A DNA stretch of 64,000 bases, taken from positions 62,001-126,000 of IMG/VR virus record IMGVR_UViG_3300034117_001582; one strand, written 5' to 3'. This document shows, piece after piece, positions 60,111-64,000 of this stretch. Position numbers and translations under genes: made by a program. The notes under the pieces were generated by a model. That model ran no database searches. It saw nothing but the letters and a program-made list of their open reading frames with translations, and had not been told where the DNA came from. Each line of letters opens with the position of its first letter. The first letter of the stretch is position 1.

Positions 60111-62045
60111 TTATTCAAAATAAGTGTCGTCTATGTAAATAGGGTCTATATAATCATTAGTAGTAACCGGTGTTAAACAATTTGGACACCAATAATTAAA
60201 TAAATTAAATTTATCTTTTAATATTCTAAAATTATGTTGTACTTGTGGACTACTAAATGCTTCGGTATACATTCTAAATTGAGATAACCCCCCCATAAAG
60301 GAACCACCAAAATTCTGTTCTAAAAGTATGTCCGTTGATAATCCAGAGAACGTTGTTGCCGATAAAATATTGTTTGGAAACAATTCAGGGTCTTGTTTGT
60401 ATGGGCCATTAAGTAATGTTGATGCGGAAAAAATTAAATGGTCATGTAACCCTTGAGTTCCCCCACCCCAAGAAATATTAAAAGGTACTCCAATTTGTTT
60501 TTCCTTTTCGGTATTTAATTCTCTTGGAATTATTTCTTCAAAATTTTCAATAACCATAAAATAGTATCCATTAATGTAGAGTTTTAATCTACCCATTCTA
60601 TACCAAGCATCATCAAACCATTTTCTATCAAAAACCACTCGATAAACTTTATCTTCTTTTGTTCCTCCCGAATGTGTTTCAGGTGGCATTATTAAATTAT
60701 AAGATGTGTTATTTAATATTGATTGGTACGTAACTTGTCTAATATCGTTTAATCCTCCTAAATTTAATAAATCACACTCCTCTATTGTGGTATATCTTTC
60801 AAAAACCGCAGTAACCATTACCCACCTATCATCTGCAATAGTATCACATATATAATCACATACCTCATAAATTGGGGGGCTACAAACTTCAGTTATCGTA
60901 TATCCTGTTTGAAATGTTAACCCTGTGGTCCCACATGAACCTGTGGTAACACAATCACCAGTAATAACTATAGTTTTAACACAAAGTCTTGGATCCGCAG
61001 CGCACCCACTAAATCTAATTGATAGCGCGTTTGATAATACGTCAAATTTAGGGTCTAATGGTGGTATAGGTATTTGTTCCGTACATGTACCACACCCACA
61101 CCCAATTTGGTGAACTGCAGTTGTTGCACTTTGTGGATATAGTGTAACACAATTTGCGTTAGTGACGCCAGTGTCTGAACATTTACAACTTTGTAAACTT
61201 GTAAGTCCTGTGGTTGCTCTTGTGTAACCACTATCCGATTCTGGATTTCCATCGGCAAAATGATAATATTTGTTTTCCGCTCTTGTACCAAAATAAAAGA
61301 AAGTTCCGGCATTTTGTGGATATCTTGTGTTTAAATATTCTTCAGTTGTGTAATCTATACCGTACTCATCAAAAATTCTTGGTTTTATAACCGTTTCCAT
61401 AGTCCAACCTTTATTCATTCTTTCAGGAAAAACCTCATAGTCATAACCAAATAATTTATAAAACCCTTGATAAAACCCACCATAAAGTTCTTGATAATAC
61501 CCTACCGTTGCATCATTTTTAGAAACTATATTATATTTTGCATTTTTTGGTCTACCGGAAAACACTTCATTTGGCGGTAAAGTATAACCCGTAACCGTAT
61601 GAAGTTTCATTCTTCTATCATAATAGTGTGGATGAAATTTATAATCGTCCCTTATACCCATAGTATAATATAAAGTTTCACCGGTCATACCAGTATATAA
61701 ACCATTGTCTGTGGCAACTAAACCAACATCACAAGCACCTGTAAATGCAGAATAACAACTTAAATCTAAATTATTTGGGTTATAATAATTTTTTGAAACT
61801 AAGGTTGACCCCGAATAAAAATTATTAAAAACCATAGTTAATTGTGGTGAGGATCCGGTAAAGTTTAAATCTAAACTAATTGGTAGTCTGGTTCCGTCAT
61901 TAACACCAATAATATCATTTGAAAACACAACTTCTTCATCGTAGTCCCTTTCATCTGCAGCCAAAGTCAAATCAAAATATTGTCTTGAATTCAATAATGA
62001 TTTGTATTTTGGATAATAATATGTATTTAAATTTTGAGTTGGCAT
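60111..62045 (-). CDS. ConA/LamG-like lectin-domain structural protein
   Basis: GWTMETVIKP, RLKLYING and FMGGLSQFRMY..AFS..QVQHNF, with a Cys-rich insertion. Confidence 0.65.
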   Translation of the reverse strand: MPTQNLNTYYYPKYKSLLNSRQYFDLTLAADERDYDEEVVFSNDIIGVNDGTRLPISLDLNFTGSSPQLTMVFNNFYSGSTLVSKNYYNPNNLDLSCYSAFTGACDVGLVATDNGLYTGMTGETLYYTMGIRDDYKFHPHYYDRRMKLHTVTGYTLPPNEVFSGRPKNAKYNIVSKNDATVGYYQELYGGFYQGFYKLFGYDYEVFPERMNKGWTMETVIKPRIFDEYGIDYTTEEYLNTRYPQNAGTFFYFGTRAENKYYHFADGNPESDSGYTRATTGLTSLQSCKCSDTGVTNANCVTLYPQSATTAVHQIGCGCGTCTEQIPIPPLDPKFDVLSNALSIRFSGCAADPRLCVKTIVITGDCVTTGSCGTTGLTFQTGYTITEVCSPPIYEVCDYICDTIADDRWVMVTAVFERYTTIEECDLLNLGGLNDIRQVTYQSILNNTSYNLIMPPETHSGGTKEDKVYRVVFDRKWFDDAWYRMGRLKLYINGYYFMVIENFEEIIPRELNTEKEKQIGVPFNISWGGGTQGLHDHLIFSASTLLNGPYKQDPELFPNNILSATTFSGLSTDILLEQNFGGSFMGGLSQFRMYTEAFSSPQVQHNFRILKDKFNLFNYWCPNCLTPVTTNDYIDPIYIDDTYFE

Positions 62046-62096
62046 TCTTTTTTTAGATAAATACTTTATATGAAGGTATTTATAGGTAAAGCCTGC

Positions 62097-62846
62097 ATGA
62101 AAACATATAAATATTCAACAAAAGAAAGAGCGGAAAGGGTTTCTAAAACTTTGGGATGTTCGGGTTCTCACTATCACAATGAGGATGGCGATAGAAAATA
62201 TATGCCATGTAAGTCTCACAACATATTCTTATCTAAAACTAAAAAAAATAAAAAAGGGGAAGAACAAGAAGTCACCGAACTTGTTGATGCGGATGGTACG
62301 TGGTTATCATCGAATACCCCAATATTAGATCCGGCAAGTACGGGTGTGGGCACAAAAACTATGGACCAAATCATACCGGCAGCAAGAAATCCAAGAGACC
62401 CGTTGATGAGAGGGTGGTACGGTTATTATGGTGAAGGTCGTGTTAAAGAAGAAGACATGTCTAAAGCATTTGGATATAAGAATACAAAAAATATGGACGC
62501 TAAAGAAACTCTTGATTACTTCAAAGATGAATTAGAAATGGATGATGAATCCGCCGAACACAGAGTTGAGGATGAATTTGGTAAAAGTCCCGAAAGAGAT
62601 AAAAAATCTAAATTTAAAAACAAAAAAGGATTTGTTGGAAGACCAATACTTAAAGAAAAAGAAAGTGAAGATATTGCCGAAGACGTATTAGTTGATAAAG
62701 AAACAAACGACCAAGAAAATATTAAGAAAAGAGTATTAGATATTAATCCACTTTTAGTTAGAAATATTAAGTCAATTAAAAAAATGGCAAAAGAAAATGG
62801 AATAACCGTTAGGGAATTAATAATGATGTTAAAAGATGAACAGTAA
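62097..62846 (+). CDS. hypothetical protein with an N-terminal DUF3721-like Cys/His motif
   Basis: YSTKERAERVSKTLGCSGSHYH...YMPCKSH. The start is placed at ATG 62097, after TATTTAT at 62077-62083. Confidence 0.55.
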   Translation: MKTYKYSTKERAERVSKTLGCSGSHYHNEDGDRKYMPCKSHNIFLSKTKKNKKGEEQEVTELVDADGTWLSSNTPILDPASTGVGTKTMDQIIPAARNPRDPLMRGWYGYYGEGRVKEEDMSKAFGYKNTKNMDAKETLDYFKDELEMDDESAEHRVEDEFGKSPERDKKSKFKNKKGFVGRPILKEKESEDIAEDVLVDKETNDQENIKKRVLDINPLLVRNIKSIKKMAKENGITVRELIMMLKDEQ

Positions 62847-63288
62847 TCTATACGATAGAATTGCAATCATACCGGATTCATTGGTTAAACACTTAAATGA
62901 TTGTTTTGGATCAACTGAAGGTGATAATAATGTTGAGGGTTATAAAAGAAACCAAGATTTAAGAAAATCAAGAAAGGCAACATACCAACAAATTAAAAGA
63001 ATTAAAAGTTGGTTTGATAGTTATGGTGGAAATAAAGAAGACGCTCCATTTATATTAAATGGTGGTGATAGAATGCAACAATGGTGTGATGAGGTTTTAA
63101 GGGTTTGGAGAGACAACGATTTAAGTGGAAAAAAATTAAAAATGGATACAGGAATGCAAAACCAATTTTTAGATTCACACGAAAAAAATAGTTTTAACTT
63201 AAACGATAAACACGGAACAACCGTAGATGATTTAAAAGTTAACGAGGATGTTAATAAAATTAATAAACTAATGAAAAAAATAATATAA
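62836..63288 (+). CDS. hypothetical protein
   Basis: 150-aa ORF with GYKRNQDL...IKRIKSWF...ILNGG...W, overlapping the upstream gene. Confidence 0.55.
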   Translation: MNSNLYDRIAIIPDSLVKHLNDCFGSTEGDNNVEGYKRNQDLRKSRKATYQQIKRIKSWFDSYGGNKEDAPFILNGGDRMQQWCDEVLRVWRDNDLSGKKLKMDTGMQNQFLDSHEKNSFNLNDKHGTTVDDLKVNEDVNKINKLMKKII

Positions 63289-63582
63289 ATGGCAAATCAA
63301 TCAGACAAGTTAGATTTTTCACAACCTGATAATGCGTTATCACAAATTGCTGAAGAACAAAGAAAAAAACTTTTCCCAAGAAATGACTTTAAACCTACTG
63401 ACCCATATTCGTCTGTTCATCCTGATGCAATTGCAAATGGTGATAAGATTGGTAGAGGAACTGGTGGTGACTTAGATATTTATAACCAACAAGCGGGAAC
63501 ATCAACAGACATTACAGAAAGAAAAGACGATTTAAAAGTTAATAAATTCTCATCTAATAACCCATACTACACGGTAACATGA
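63289..63582 (+). CDS. hypothetical protein
   Basis: 97-aa ORF abutting the previous stop, with an ATGA overlap to the next gene. Confidence 0.55.
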   Translation: MANQSDKLDFSQPDNALSQIAEEQRKKLFPRNDFKPTDPYSSVHPDAIANGDKIGRGTGGDLDIYNQQAGTSTDITERKDDLKVNKFSSNNPYYTVT

Positions 63583-64000
63583 AACTAGTTAGGAGTTTAA
63601 GTAAAGTAATTACTGAAGTGGCAGCTTTAGATAATGTTCAAAGTAGCATTAAACAAAAGAATATTATCACGATTAATTATGATGGTGACGAGTACGGTAA
63701 AGGTTATCGTGACGTTGAGCCAGTTTGCTTAGGAATTAGTAAAGCCGGTAATATGGTTTTAAGGGCTTGGGAAAGACAAGGGTCTTCACACTCTAATAAG
63801 GTTGATGGTAACCCAATTCCAGGATGGAGACTTTTTAGATTAGATAAAATATTGACTTATGCTTTACAAGGTGATAGTTTTACAGAAGTTAGACCTAAAT
63901 ATAACCCTAACGGTGATAGGTCAATGGAAAGAGTTATTTTAAATGCCGTATTTGATTACACACCAAATACAGATGACATAGAAAATATCGATAATATAGA
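63579..64000 (+). CDS. stand-alone WYL-domain protein (runs off the window; not in the ORF track)
   Basis: My translation: MKLVRSLSKVITEVA...ITINYDG...GYRDVEPVCLG...MVLRAW...GWRLFRLDKI, matching the WYL signature R.VEP..L....L.A....WR.FRLD.I. Confidence 0.8.
   Translation, partial: MKLVRSLSKVITEVAALDNVQSSIKQKNIITINYDGDEYGKGYRDVEPVCLGISKAGNMVLRAWERQGSSHSNKVDGNPIPGWRLFRLDKILTYALQGDSFTEVRPKYNPNGDRSMERVILNAVFDYTPNTDDIENIDNI

Noticed and set aside
2790-62045. Diversity-generating retroelement or invertible fibre cassette
   Set aside because: No reverse transcriptase or invertase gene and no near-identical template/variable repeat pair were seen.
1171-62866. Short antisense or alternate-frame ORFs in the track (e.g. 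14841-15224, 20230-20475, 27328-27717, 38444-38794, 46617-46814, 46826-47254, 62516-62866)
   Set aside because: They lie wholly or largely over well-supported genes, mirror their codon bias and have no motifs; they are treated as shadows. Only 44103-44285 was kept.
1-64000. Stop-codon reassignment as seen in some large phages
   Set aside because: Genes up to 7.3 kb are intact in the standard code, and TAA, TAG and TGA all end genes.
1-64000. tRNA or other ncRNA genes
   Set aside because: All intergenic gaps are under about 140 nt and are explained by promoters and terminators; no cloverleaf signature was seen.

Overview
This window is a densely coded, AT-rich (roughly one-third GC by eye) segment of a large contractile-tailed dsDNA phage with a distantly T4-like gene set. 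The host is most likely a Bacteroidota bacterium, based on SprB-type repeats, a TTTG-N19-TAnnTTTG promoter and A-rich starts without Shine-Dalgarno sequences. The minus strand carries two glycosyltransferases, a baseplate/fibre block, a replication block (class II RNR, DnaB, 5'-3' exonuclease, RecA/UvsX, gp32-like SSB), two very large baseplate proteins, tape measure, tail chaperone, tube, sheath, neck/terminator proteins, a family B DNA polymerase and lectin/fibre genes. Plus-strand islands encode a small RHH-like protein, an SNF2 helicase, a Mn-type SOD, a gp13-like neck protein and a stand-alone WYL protein. I found no tRNA, rRNA, CRISPR array, intein, intron or transposase. The best leads are: (1) a candidate virion O-glycosylation system, with a GT60 polypeptide GlcNAc-transferase and a second GT beside a (TP)14 mucin-like protein; (2) a probable +1/-2 programmed frameshift in the tail chaperone; (3) short (I/L)xE-ending leaders on SOD, a HAD phosphatase and WYL that may target them into the head; (4) a small four-Cys module inserted in several virion proteins; (5) an OmpA-like domain and a long hydrophobic segment inside baseplate proteins; (6) a TATTTAT motif in front of most transcription units. 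All family calls come from motif recognition by eye; no searches were run.
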